DNA of 64,000 nt from Azolla caroliniana (lineage: Eukaryota > Plantae > Polypodiophyta), in contig JBHGNT010000001.1 in NCBI GenBank assembly GCA_043228905.1, forward strand, positions 248,001-312,000. Direction: 5' to 3'. Below the pieces are notes generated by a model. The model searched no databases. It saw only the letters and a program-made list of their open reading frames with translations, and was not told the origin of the DNA. The position numbers were made by a program, and so were the translations under genes. Every line of letters begins with the position of its first letter. Position 1 is the stretch's first letter. Of this stretch, positions 51,701-64,000 are shown piece by piece.

Positions 51701-54700
51701 AATTCAAGATGTTCTTCACAATTTGATAATGTATCATGAACTCTTTTTCCTTGACAGGTCCATCTGAATCCAGTGTGCCAGATTCATGTAGGTCCCGGCT
51801 CATTATGTTTTGGTCAACAAATCCAATCCCAATGCCACACGCACCTCTTACTAGATCTCGGTCACTACTTGAAAGGCACTGCATCCACAAACATGATCTC
51901 ATTACAACTGAAAACATGAAAAAGTCCAGATGAAATAATAGTCGACGATAAAAAAACACTTGAAGACTGGCTCAAGCATCAAGAATTATGCGAAAGACAA
52001 TGAGGGCTGATGACTATGAGTCCAGACAGAAAGACGGCATGTGCATGTCTGTTTCAGTTCGAGAAAAAGGAACCAAGATAGTGCTAAAACATCAGGGATA
52101 GGTTTTTGCTAGAGGGAGTTTCTGGTGCTCTAACATAAGTTAACAGAGTTTCCCAATAAATAAATAGTCTAACCAAAGATGGAGGGGACAGAGTACTTCA
52201 TCAAGGCACGATCAAATACCAAAGGGAAAAAGGCACAATGGGTAGATTCCAACTTAAAAAAAACCTCCAGCAGTTGTCTGTGTCTTCCATGAAAAACTCA
52301 AAACAACCTGATTTTAATCAATACTTCATAATTCTCTGTAACGCAAACCAGAATTTTCCTATCCAGGGAGGTCAAAGCTCTTCAGATGACGTCTATCCCC
52401 TGATTCAACTTTAAAATTTAAAAAATAGAACCCACATAAATACTAAACAGTAATTTAGATTGTACTTGTAGAAGACAGTTAGATATCTCCATCTTTAGTC
52501 TCCACTCAGACCCGCTACAATTTCGAGTAATAATTCCTAAAGAAATTGCTGATGTCCATTGCAGATATTCATGACTTTGCTGCATGAGGTGACCTTTTAA
52601 ATACGACACAACGGGAACAACTAGGCTGTCAGGTATTGTATGTGATATCTGTTAATAGCGATGGAACAGTGGATTAGTATGTCTTATGCTGTGGAAAAAT
52701 TTAAATCCTACTCTGAAGATTTTGATGGTATTTATTATTCATTTACCTGGTATAGTATGCCAAGGGCAAGGACAGCATTTTCCGCAACACGAGGGATGGC
52801 CTGCTCTGATATTCTACAGAGAATCTTGTGTAGAAACATGAAAATCAGTTCAAATATAAGATTCCAAGATATAAATCTGAAATCTATTACCAACATGTGA
52901 TATGCACAGGTTAAATGTATCTCATCTTTAGTGTGCTAAGTCGTTCAGATTGGAAATTTAAAATAAATTTCACTGCCATGCTTCATGAACTAGATAATGA
53001 AAAGAAAGAAGTTTACATTAACATCTACAAAAGGCCAAAACAACCCATTAGACCAAAACATGTTTACAAATGTGTAAATAAAACAAAAACTAAAATTGAG
53101 GTTTGTTTTCCATATGTCCCTCATGGGATTTTGATATTCTATACCGAAGTGGTTACAATGGCATCATGTATGACTCAAGCTCTCAATTAATCTATGTAAT
53201 AGTTTATTTCCAAGTTAATTAATATTTTCACATTTAGTGCACTAAAGGTTCACACTATTGTTTCTAGTTTTACACTAATTGTCACTAATTGTCACCAATG
53301 GACTCCTCCAGAAAAGGATGGCCACCAACCTATAGAGCCTATATTGATTAAGACGATCTGATGTTGAACTTAATGCGAGTGCGTAACATTCTGAACCTTG
53401 AAGCTACCCCCAGTAGAAGAAAGCATTGAAAAATGAACACACTAGATCATAACTCTAAAAGTATAGATAGAGCTTTATGGCACCTGTCTAAAACCAATTC
53501 ATGGCCACTGAACCTCTAGAATCAATGAGCATATTTACTCAAATATGCATAGTCAACCAAAGCCATTACCTTCATAAGATGGAATGGTGTTTCCCGAACA
53601 TTGGATGCTATATCAGACATTGTATTCAAGCCTCTTCTCCTGTTGATGTGGTATTTTATGAAAGGAATCCATAAATCAAGATACAGGAATGCATATATTA
53701 GGTTTGATTGGCAGTTTAATTGATCAGCAATCTCACAAAACTCTCTTTCGAATTCATTCTCCCAAGCCTGAAATCGTCATTTTATTAAGAACCACATAAA
53801 CTTAATCAGAATGCATGAACTATGCGATTGTAGCAATCAAATAAGTTATGCAGTAATCCTACCTGCAGCTTCATCTTAGACTGGAAATCTAATGGTCTCA
53901 GTGACTGATCAAACTTTAAAAGCAGATACGCAGGAGGAGACTGTATGAGCAAACCTTGATGATCATCTGTTTTGTCACCCAGGAAAAAATGCAGAGAACA
54001 AAAGCACAAAGTGCAATACAAATGTAAGTTCACCATAAAGTAGGTGTTCCAGTAATGGAGGAAAGTAAATAAATTTCCCAGCAAATGAGATCAAGAACTA
54101 AATTTTCCCAGCAAAATAATCAAATTACCTGCGGTAAACAAAACCCGTGGAATAGCATATATTATTTTTTCAGTCTTATTATCCACATGTTTCCTCTTGT
54201 TTTGGTCTCTATATCTAAACCTGAATGGCAGGAAGAGATTAAAATATATCTATATTACAAACAAACATTAACTTTAAATACGATTGCCCCTTACTTATTC
54301 TCATGATGCAAAAACTTTATAATTAGACTCTGGCTAGCTCTTATAACTTCAGGTTCTTTCTCAGAAAGAAGAATCTTCACATAACTAGCTCTGTGATCTC
54401 CTAGGCTTGCATCCAAGAGATCCACCTATATCAATCCATGTAAGACATTGTTCTATAAATTGGTATTGTTCCAATAAAAGCCAATCAAGTTAAACAAGAG
54501 TATCCAGCCATTTTCCATTTAAAGCAATATACCATTGTACAACACGTACACCTTTTTGTTACTAAAAATGTCGCAGATGTAAAACGTAACAGCCTTTTAA
54601 CATATCATGTTCTTCACTGCATATCTTACATTCTTTGCTACATATACTTGTTTCTCAACTTTTGCTATCAAATTGTTCTTCACTGCATATCTTACATTCT

Positions 54701-57700
54701 TTGCTACATTTACTTGTTTCTCAACTTTTGCTATCAAATTTGAGTGTACAAACAAAATGAACTACCTTTTCCAGAAACAGAGAATAAAAGGCTAGTTAGA
54801 TGACTTACTAACTTCGACATTATATTTTCCACAACTTACTGTTAAAAAGATCTTGATTCATAAATCCAACATGTATTAATAACGTTCCAACAATAAATTC
54901 AGAAACACCACATACCTCATACTGACATAGTGATTTCAAGGCACTTGCTCGGACTGCTGTGCCACCAACATCTTGTATTTGTGTGGCTTTCCATAGAAGT
55001 TGAAGAATGGTTTGAGATATTTCTGAATAAGCAGCAGCATCAAGAGCTCCATTCTGGAAGAACCACAAAATACTTCACGCACAATAACCTGCTGTCAATT
55101 TCTCAATCTGACCATAAAAACATCTTGCACAAACACGATGTACAGCTGGGAACAAAACTGGAACGATTGCTTCATAATGCATTAAGCAAATCTATATGTT
55201 AATCATTATCATCACTGCAGAGTGGAATTTGGTTCATGTATTAATGAAAACACTAAGATCTAAACAACTACAGCAACAGATTGGCACAATGATTATGCTA
55301 GATAGCCAGCTCGTATTTTACGAGTAAATATATATGTTCTGCAATCATATTCAACGAGTTCCAGGCTTTTGAAAGTTTTCAATAGGTTCTTCCTTAAACA
55401 TATCGCTTGGCAAGACTTCATTGGGTAATATTCACGTTAACAAGTTTGCCAAAGAGGTTTCACCCTACAGATCATTTGGCTGCTGTGGAGTGATCTCCTT
55501 GGTTATTGAAACCCTGGTAGAGTACCATGTTGGAAGTTCACTAAGAACTTGGATTATTGGATCATATCCTTTTTGGTAGGATACTTTCCTACTACAAGCA
55601 ATTTTATTGATATCAATATTCTTGAGAAAGATATAACAATGCTGATCCACCATTTTTTGAATTTTATTCAGTTAGGATACCTCAGTGATATTTCCAATGA
55701 ACTTTCCACTTTTTAGAAAACAATGATTTATGCTATGTTTGAGCATTAGCACACAAGATAGAAACTTGGTTCTCACATCACAATGCAGTATGTCATGTTT
55801 TATACTTCTATAACAGCAACCAAAGAACTGCATACAGAAATCTGTGTATGGAAAAAACTACAAGCTCGATAAGTTTGTTCATCACCTTTCTGCCAAGAGG
55901 GGATCAGAAGGAAGCTCAGGGAACAAGTCAGATAAGAAATCCCATGCTGTATAAAAGTCTGCGACCAAATAAAAATTTAACAAATAATATCTCACTGAAT
56001 AAAATTCTTAATTTAATTTAGCTGAGATAACCCACACAGATTCTGTAATACAAACAGCATATGTTATGCAGCTTTACAACTTCCATTATTTCCAGCTATT
56101 GTTTTCCTTTCTTTCAAAGACACAGAAAAAGGAAAAAAACGTGAGGATTTCACAAAATATACACAATTTCATTTTCAAAATACAAATCCGTCAAATAGAT
56201 ATGTTTAAATGTTATTAGTTTCTCATCAAGACATTTTTGGATTCAGTCAACTTGATAGAGAATCCAGTAATGGGTGTTTGTGGAACATTTATTGTATACC
56301 TGACCCCTACTCCTGCTACCTCCCCCTTGGAAAATTTGTATTTATACAACAGTGATATTTATCACAAAATATTTAGAGCAACGTACGAATTAAGTCAACT
56401 TTATATATTATATATAGATATATAGATATATATATATATAGAGAGAGAGAGAAGTATGCATGTTTTCCTAGTTTTCCTAGTTTTTCAATTAGGAAAACAC
56501 ACAAGTACCAATGTATTGAAAAGCCTGTAGAGTTCAAACACTAGTTTAATTCAAAATGTCATATAAAATATTGCGTTAAAATAATGTGCTTATAAAACTA
56601 GAACTTCTATAAGATTCACATGTATGTGACTTTTAGTCTCATTGATCAACCTGGTTGTGTCAAGGCATTTTTGTGGAATTACATCAACAAAAAACATACC
56701 CGCACTGGACAATCATTTATGCTGTAAGAAATTCAGAAACAAGTTATAAATATCACCTAAATCCTGCAGTCACCTATACAATCAAATTCAACCACTTGAC
56801 TCATAAAATTCAAATAACTCTGAATATGTTACCGATAACATCATGATGGCAAAGCCACGACAAGCTTTGAAGGCCAAGCGCCTTAATCGGTATTTGTTCA
56901 CTTTCTATACAAGCCTGAACCAATAATTGGAGGAAATTAGTGAGCCCTTTAGGAGTTCAAGAATGGACTTCTGTTTATTATTGTACAGACCTGCACAGAA
57001 AGAATTAACTCCACACCAGAATCACCATCCTTTTTGCAAATATCACATATTGAAGCTGCTCTACTGAGATGTATCTGACTGTCTGTAGTATCTTCTGAGA
57101 AATAAGAATGACCAAGTGCAGTCTGGCATTAAGCAAACAAAGAGTGCATTGGCTTAAGACAGTTTCATGTGGTGCAAGGTAGGGACACGCAAACCCCTCT
57201 ATAAAACTATATAAATAAAAAGAGAACCTGTATTTGAGGAAACACTTTATCAGACATTTCCCAAGTCTTACAAAGCAGACGAATTGCTGTAGATTGAAGA
57301 ACTCTGCAGCAATAAGATTACAGGGACTTGACAACTGAGGAAACAACCAGAAATAAAAAATATCGATTCTAAGTTACCTTATTTAACATTGTACAATCTT
57401 AGTTCAAACTCTATGGCAACATTAGTCTGTACAGATGCTAAAGCAAAACCAAGTAAGTAAATCAAATGGAATCTTCTTGAAACTAATCACTATTCGTGGT
57501 CCTGGCTAAGCCCCGCAGACCAAAAGACACAGACGGTCCACGGCATGTACCATAGCCCAGAGGACACAAAGATGCCATCATTACATAATCAAAAGCACCC
57601 AAATCACATAAAAAGTCATTACATATGAGACAAAAAACCAAACAAATGTGAATTTTTAGATTTGAGAAAATAGCTTACAGAGGAGATACAAGCCCCAATG

Positions 57701-60700
57701 GACAAGAATCTACAACAATTTAAAGACTATAAAGAAAGCCAAGCTTCCTAGAATTGGTTGAATCATAACATACCCACTACATTCTGAGGACAACAATGAT
57801 TGCAATGTACCAACAACAATCGATGCCGACATTGGATCCACAGCAAGGATTGGAAGCACCTTTAGGAGACCAAACTGGGATTTCAACACATAGCCAAATA
57901 AGCACAGTCAGCAATGGATTTACGAGCTCCATATCGAAAACAAAACCCCGTGTCACCAATAAAAACATTAAAATGGGCAAGCATCAAACATAGATCATCA
58001 TTATATGAAGTCCACAAGGTCTACATGTAAAATAAGAGAGGATAAAACAGAAAACTTGCACTCAAAATTAAAATATATGCTACTTATCTACCTCAACATC
58101 TAATGTGAGAAAGTTACACATAATATCTCTTGAACTTTTAAAGATCATGACTATTGCCAGAAAAACCTACCCATGTAGATATTTATTTTATAAAACCAAT
58201 ATGTTGATGGGCAAGATTTTGAACAGTTCTTATTTCTCCTCAAAAAATGCAAGTCAGGTGAGTTGCAAGCACAAAACATGGATTTGAAATATATATGAAC
58301 AGCAGAATACCATCATTTCAAATGTTTTGCCAATTCTTAGCATGTGGCTTCTTTCAAATTGATCCTCTAAGGATATATGTACATGTATACTTGTTTTCAG
58401 TAGATATTAACATGCAATGGTTCAGTAGCAGTAAACTGATATGAAAATAAGTGAAATATAGAAAGTGGAATGCATAGGGAAGGGTCATGTGCAGATATAT
58501 GAGTCAAATATCACAAAGGCTGGAGATGTGTCCAAGGGTGGGGGACGTCCATTTTGACATGTCAAAAGGAAATAGGCTCCAAATTTACAATTTTTCCTTA
58601 GATTCCAATATTTTCTTCTGCTGCTGCTACGGAAATCTGACTCTTTTCTGAATCTGTATCTCTTCTTTCCCTTACCAGTAGGATAGCTTTTGCATGTACT
58701 TTCTAGATTACGTTGTGGTTTATAGTTCATCTCATGGAGCTTTGATGAGATACCACGTTCATCAATATAACATTTATGGGTCTCATAGCCCACGCTGACC
58801 CCTTTAGAAAAATTAACATGTTCTTTAATTCTACCCTTTCCTTCTCTTCTTTACATGTTCTTCTGACCTACTGCATCTCCCACATGCTCATTCCATGGCC
58901 TATGTGGGCTAAAAGAAACTCTAACTATTATTATTCCAGTTCTCTTAATTTTGAAATTAGAAGTGCATTTTTTTTTATCAATTCATTCCAGAATACATTA
59001 TCTATCAAATTCAAAATGAGGTCCACCTTAATGATGCCCAAACACCAACAGTAACATAAAATCTAGCAGGAAAGATTTATCACAACTAACGATATTGTAA
59101 AAGAAACTCTCTACGATACATGATACTAATAGCAATATTATGTTTGTCCAAAATTCGGTATTAAAAACTAGAACCTTGTACATAAAGCAAACAATTTTGT
59201 CACAGTAGTTAAAAAATTGAGAATACCAAGTTGGAAGCATTGAGTTTCCTCTGATTTCGTTTCCATGCCCTCAAATAAAAAAGAAGAACTGGCAATAAAG
59301 ATACACCCTCTGTGCGATCAGTTTTTACTATTTCAGCAAAAACTTCACTTGCCACAATAGTCAATACAGGATGTATTAGAACAACTGACATCATCATGCA
59401 TATCCATGAGATTACACCTGCAAGAACAAAGCATGCAGTGATATTGATATTCTTTTACGCTCGCAACATTTGAGACTGGTCAATTTGTGTCTCAAGAACT
59501 TCCAGAATACTTATTTGGAAGGAGAAACTATAGGTGCACATATTTGTGTGCTCCTATAACTAACATAAGTAAATACCATACGACTTTATGCATTTGCTAA
59601 AAACCTTCTGCGAATGTTATTACTAGAATATCTTACTTGCATATTTGTGAAATGCTACAACAGATATGGAAATCATTATTCTGAAGTGTTTACTAGATGT
59701 TATATAGAACATATGGTAAACTAGGAAAAAAGAATATGTATCTTGATTTCAAAATGAGCTGAAACAAAATAGGAAAAGGATTTATTAAAGTAGTTAGTAT
59801 GTGTAGACCAGATTTCCGTTTGGACTTTTGGGCATTCGAGTAATTCTGAAAGATTTCCCCAAAGAAACGTGAAAGAGAATGCAGCCAAGACTTGCTTTGC
59901 CTGTTATTAACATCAATCCAACCTAAATCATCCTTTAAAGAAATCCATGTTTCCCAAGGCTTATCCTGCAAAATAGTGAAACACATTATTAGTAAATAGA
60001 CTTAGAATGCTTTTTTAAATTCACCTAACCTGAATTGAACGAGCAAATCCTGATAAGATTTCTTGCTATTTCCTACTTTAATTAATATCTTCCAAATGTC
60101 TTCTGACAGCTTCTAGGTGCATATTTATCAGATTACAGAGTTTATCAGTCGGTTTTCTTTCAGACAGTTAGTTCAGTAAATAAGTGATTCTGTTGGGTAC
60201 GGATACATTTTCTGAGTAAATCTAACAGATCACAGGACAAGTGAGTCGCAATAACATAAAAGATTGCTACAATTATTACATATTTACATTTAAGCTTTGT
60301 TAGCAATTCTAATGCAAATAAAATATCTCACGTATGTCGCAGACATATAACATGATCAGAATATTCTTCTAAATTTGCATTTCCACAGCACTTCAGATCC
60401 TCCAGCACATTCACAATGTTCTCTTTGAGATTACATACACATTTGTTGCTGAGTATCTGGCATCACGAGACACTGGAGACAATCCAGATTGCCACTAAGT
60501 TGCCACTACATTCAAAACTATTCTTCCTAATTCAAAATTTCTAAAGCACTTCAGTACCTCCTGCCCGTTCACAATGTTTTCTTTGAGATTATATATGCAT
60601 TTGTTGCTGAGAGTCTAGTATCATGAGACACTGCATATAATCCAGATTGACACCTAATGACCACTACATTAATATTTCAATCTAAACGTACAACAGAGGA

Positions 60701-63700
60701 TTAGTTCCAACCTTGCATTCATATAAAGAAGGTGCCAATTGGTAGATATCAGAAAATCTAAATGACACCTACCTAGAAAACTTTCAAAATGAGAGCTACC
60801 GGATATTGGAACCCAAAGATTACAAATTCTTCTTGAGCTTGCAGACTAATTACATAAGAGCCTTAAAATCTATGAAAGCTTCCCTAATATTTAAGAATAA
60901 AGTACTGTTCTTCATATCAGCTCCTTACATTAAACCATATATGCAAGAGAATCCTGTGAATATTATCAGCCAGCTGACCATGAGAATGAAGTGAATAACA
61001 ATCTTGTGTCTGCGGCGAAGTACTACTCTCATTTTGTGTCCAATATAAGACAAGCAAATCCTCCAGATCATGTAATAAGTTGGTTGCTGCTTCTTTGAGT
61101 GGGGAATAAGAAGATGCCATTATGTTTACAGTTGGATAGATCCACAAAAGGGCAAAAGGAAAGGTATCTATGTTGGCAATCAGCAAATCCAACCCTGATG
61201 CTTCACACAATCAAAAAATAGTTTAAGGAACTCATCAATTAGCATCAAAGACGACGTGCTAATTTTTGCATTTCTGCTCTTTACAATATGCAAGATATTT
61301 AGCTTCGACAAATATGAAGAAAATATATTAAGAATTTTGGTTTGGATATGTTACACGTTTTTGTTAAAACATGATATAATTAACTGTTCCCCAAAATAAA
61401 TTAGTTCATCTTTCAAAACAGTGATCTTTACCATTGGACAAACACGTTCAAGAAATAATTTTCCTCTGCAGTGTTTTATTTCTTACAGACACTAGGATTA
61501 AAGAAAAAACACAAAAAAAGCTCTCAATAATCATATTAGATATTTCAATAAACACTCAATTTTTTTGCACTGGTATACTATTTCTTACACACAGCCATAG
61601 CAATTTTTAAAATGACAAAAAGATTGGATTCCACATAATAACCTGTAATACTGATTGGTATCACAATCGTTTCTGAGTTTGGTCAAGAATCAACAAAAAA
61701 TCTTGAGTTAGGTGCAGACACTAGGATTAAAGACAAATCACAAAAAAGGCTATGATTTATCACAATAGATATTTTAATGAGCACACTATAAATTTTTCTG
61801 CATTGTTATATTATCTCACACACAGCCACAGTGCTTTGTAAAATGACAAAAGGACCAGCTTCATTATAGCTACTTTCTTGTAATAGCCTGTTATACTTAT
61901 TGTAATCACAATCGGTTCTGAGAGTTTTAGCCAAGAATCAAGAACTCTTTTGGATAGGTAATATGTTTTTAAATAGTAAAATAACAACAAATACCTTTTT
62001 TATTAGTTTTCCTCAGCACATCCCTGGCCAAACAGATCAGGGTAAGCTGCTCCTCTGTCACATCTGTCAATGCTAGCAAATATGCAAGAGAGAGAACATT
62101 CCGACGCCAAGCAAAAGAGTCATCTAAATGTTTCTGTAATCTTACGATACGTCCCAAAAGTTGCAGGATCGGCAAGGGTGATATTCCTGATTTATTTAGG
62201 TTAAGGCAACTATCCACGAGTAATGACAAAATATCTCCTAAAACCCTCTTGCAATCACCAATCTGTGCATTTTAATATGGTGAAATACATTCAGCAATCA
62301 AACAAACAAAAGCTGAGGACTATGAAGGATAATAGCACTATGAAACGACTTGAATCAGACAAACATACCTCTTCTTTCGAACATGCTTGCCTCACCCAAC
62401 TCTCTACTGCATCCACCATCTCTCTTAAGCCAGTAGCCATCCTTTCAGCATCCTGTGAAGCAGATTACCCTGATTAAATAAAATCTGGATATTATCAAAT
62501 TACCTCATACCCAATTCAATTTTGTCGTTGTTCATGATAAATGATTCCATGTTATTGCATCACCAAGTTATGGTAAAATGATGTAGCCAAAACTCCGCCT
62601 GCTAAATAAAAAATATAGGCAACCCTATGTCTGGCGATAGTCAGATATATACATCCATATGACACCATATGTACAAATGGATAACTCAAATTCCCTGATC
62701 AAAGCTAATAGGAACATAAAACAAGTAATAAAAGAGCATTAATGTTTTTTTGACAGTGTTAAACGGACATAGAATTAAATGTTTTGACTCATTGAAAGTG
62801 TCCATTTAGTACAATTGCAATTCCGTTAGCAAATTATGCTGAATATCATAGTAAGAACACGCGTTCTCAAACTTATTTAACAGGCCTGTGACATCTAAAA
62901 AATCTAGAACTACAGGGAACCAAAGTTCCAAATCTCTATGAAACTAATTAGAGTAAACTTAGTTTAAATTTTTAAACAGATCAGCAAACTATCCCATAAC
63001 CTAAATATTGGATTCCTTGGGGCTCTTCCCTTTTCGTTTCCTCTTCCCTTAATGTGAAGTTTCCACACACCTTTCGATGTTAGAGGTTTCATTGCATACT
63101 TAAAATAGACATCTTATTCACACACGTTCTGATATTAGTGGTTACATGCCATATTTGAAATAAATAGATCTTATTCACACATATTTTGATATTATGGGTT
63201 TCATTCCATATTTGAAATAAAGAGATATTATGGATCGTTCTCGAAGAATAGAGCTTTGACAGCCTTATAAGCACACTGAAGGGGGAAAAAAGAAATATAT
63301 AATGCGTGAAGGATGATGAGACCAAGACATCCTTTTGAAATTTGCAGTAGTATCTGTAGATTCACACAATTTGCTGTTTCCAATATATCCTGGAAAATCA
63401 GATTTCATAAACTGAAAATCCAGAAACTCACTTCCTTTTATCCAACTCAGTTTCTTACTAAATACCACAAATATTACAGATATTGATTTCCCATAACGAA
63501 GTGGTGAGTCCTAGACAGATTAAAATACAGTATGTTTTTCAGACGTACGTCAGCTTACAAAAAACAAAGAGTTGCCAACATAAATAACAAATCATGATAT
63601 GCATTCTTATTCAATACCTGTGTTTGCTGGGAGTTGAAGCACAACAATAATCTCATTAAGAATCTTCCAGTAGCAAAATCTGATGATACAAGAGAAGCTA

Positions 63701-63890
63701 TATTGAAGCAAAGCTCTCTTATGACTAAATATCTTTCATTACTCATAGTTGAATTTACTGCTAGATAATTCAGCAGTGGTTCTAAGAAATGCAGACATTC
63801 TGTATCCTTCTTTGTCAGGTCATTCTGCGTCAGCATTACAACCACTTGCTGAATGATTTCCAAATGAGATTCCTGCCGTGATTCAAATGC
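48765..63890 (-). CDS. RST1: RST1 (RESURRECTION1)/focadhesin-like large helical-repeat protein; more than 20 exons, 5' end beyond the window
   Basis: Approximate exons include 63890-63618, 62452-62369, 62262-61995, 61194-60929, 59966-59809, 59417-59227, 57884-57774, 57303-57228, 57122-56991, 56915-56833, 55958-55886, 55072-54916, 53767-53570, 52825-52747, 52648-52466, 51878-51009, 50649-50342, 50232-49582, 49263-49155 and 49061-48765. Peptides [76 protein letters not shown] and [13 protein letters not shown] match plant RST1 as I recall it. Confidence 0.85.
53020..53065 (-). mobile_element. Short decayed LINE 3'-tail remnant in RST1 intron
   Basis: ...AAGAAAGAA...ATTAACATCT..AAAAGGCCAAAACAACC..TAGACCAAA resembles the reverse complement of the family tail; similarity begins near 53000. 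Confidence 0.4.
54608..54739. repeat. 66-bp tandem duplication (one mismatch) in an RST1 intron
   Basis: Copies at 54608-54673 and 54674-54739. Confidence 0.92.
60387..60670. repeat. Direct duplication of about 120 bp in an RST1 intron
   Basis: AGCACTTCAG...TTCACAATGTT.TCTTTGAGATTA...CATTTGTTGCTGAG...GAGACACTG...AATCCAGATTG...CCACTACATT occurs twice. Confidence 0.8.
61487..61940. repeat. Direct duplication of about 215 bp in an RST1 intron
   Basis: CAGACACTAGGATTAAAGA ... ACACAGCCA ... AAAATGACAAAA ... ATCACAATCG.TTCTGAG ... CAAGAATCAA occurs twice. Confidence 0.8.
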
Positions 63891-64000
63891 CTGCACAGAT
63901 ATGAAAATGCCATATTAATCATAGAAAAGCAACAAATGCATTTCTTTTCAAAGAGAAACTGAATTTTCTCCAATTCCATGAATCCATATTTAGAATTCCA

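Noticed and set aside
60387-60670. Duplicated block as mutually exclusive RST1 exons
   Set aside because: Stops interrupt the frames, and the flanking exons join in phase without it.
62385-62395. Possible non-canonical GC donor (AG|GCAAG) in RST1
   Set aside because: A canonical GT donor at 62368 with the acceptor at 62263 gives an in-frame join.

Overview
Eukaryotic, intron-rich, AT-rich nuclear DNA from a land plant; a non-seed plant such as a fern is my unverified guess. It is not a prokaryotic accessory region, and I found no CRISPR array or operon. Six spliced protein-coding genes can be rebuilt with canonical GT-AG introns: a TMEM70 homologue (-), Nudix hydrolase 23 (-), 26S proteasome ATPase RPT5 (+), an endonuclease III/NTH1-like glycosylase (+), an F-box protein with an FBXO31/At5g39450-type C-terminal domain (+), and a large RST1/focadhesin-like gene (-) that runs off the right edge. 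There are two intact tRNA-Asn(GTT) genes and one tandem pseudogene. Repeats include a solo LTR with a 5-bp TSD, L1-like and other LINE remnants (one family recurs in introns with a conserved 3' stem-loop and (TTTC)n tail), microsatellites, and many local 60-230 bp tandem duplications. I see no clear novel system. The best leads are a GC-rich, hairpin-forming island beside a candidate frameshifting micro-exon in an RST1 intron, and inverted LINE copies bracketing two exons of the F-box gene. Family assignments come from motif recognition by eye, with no database search.
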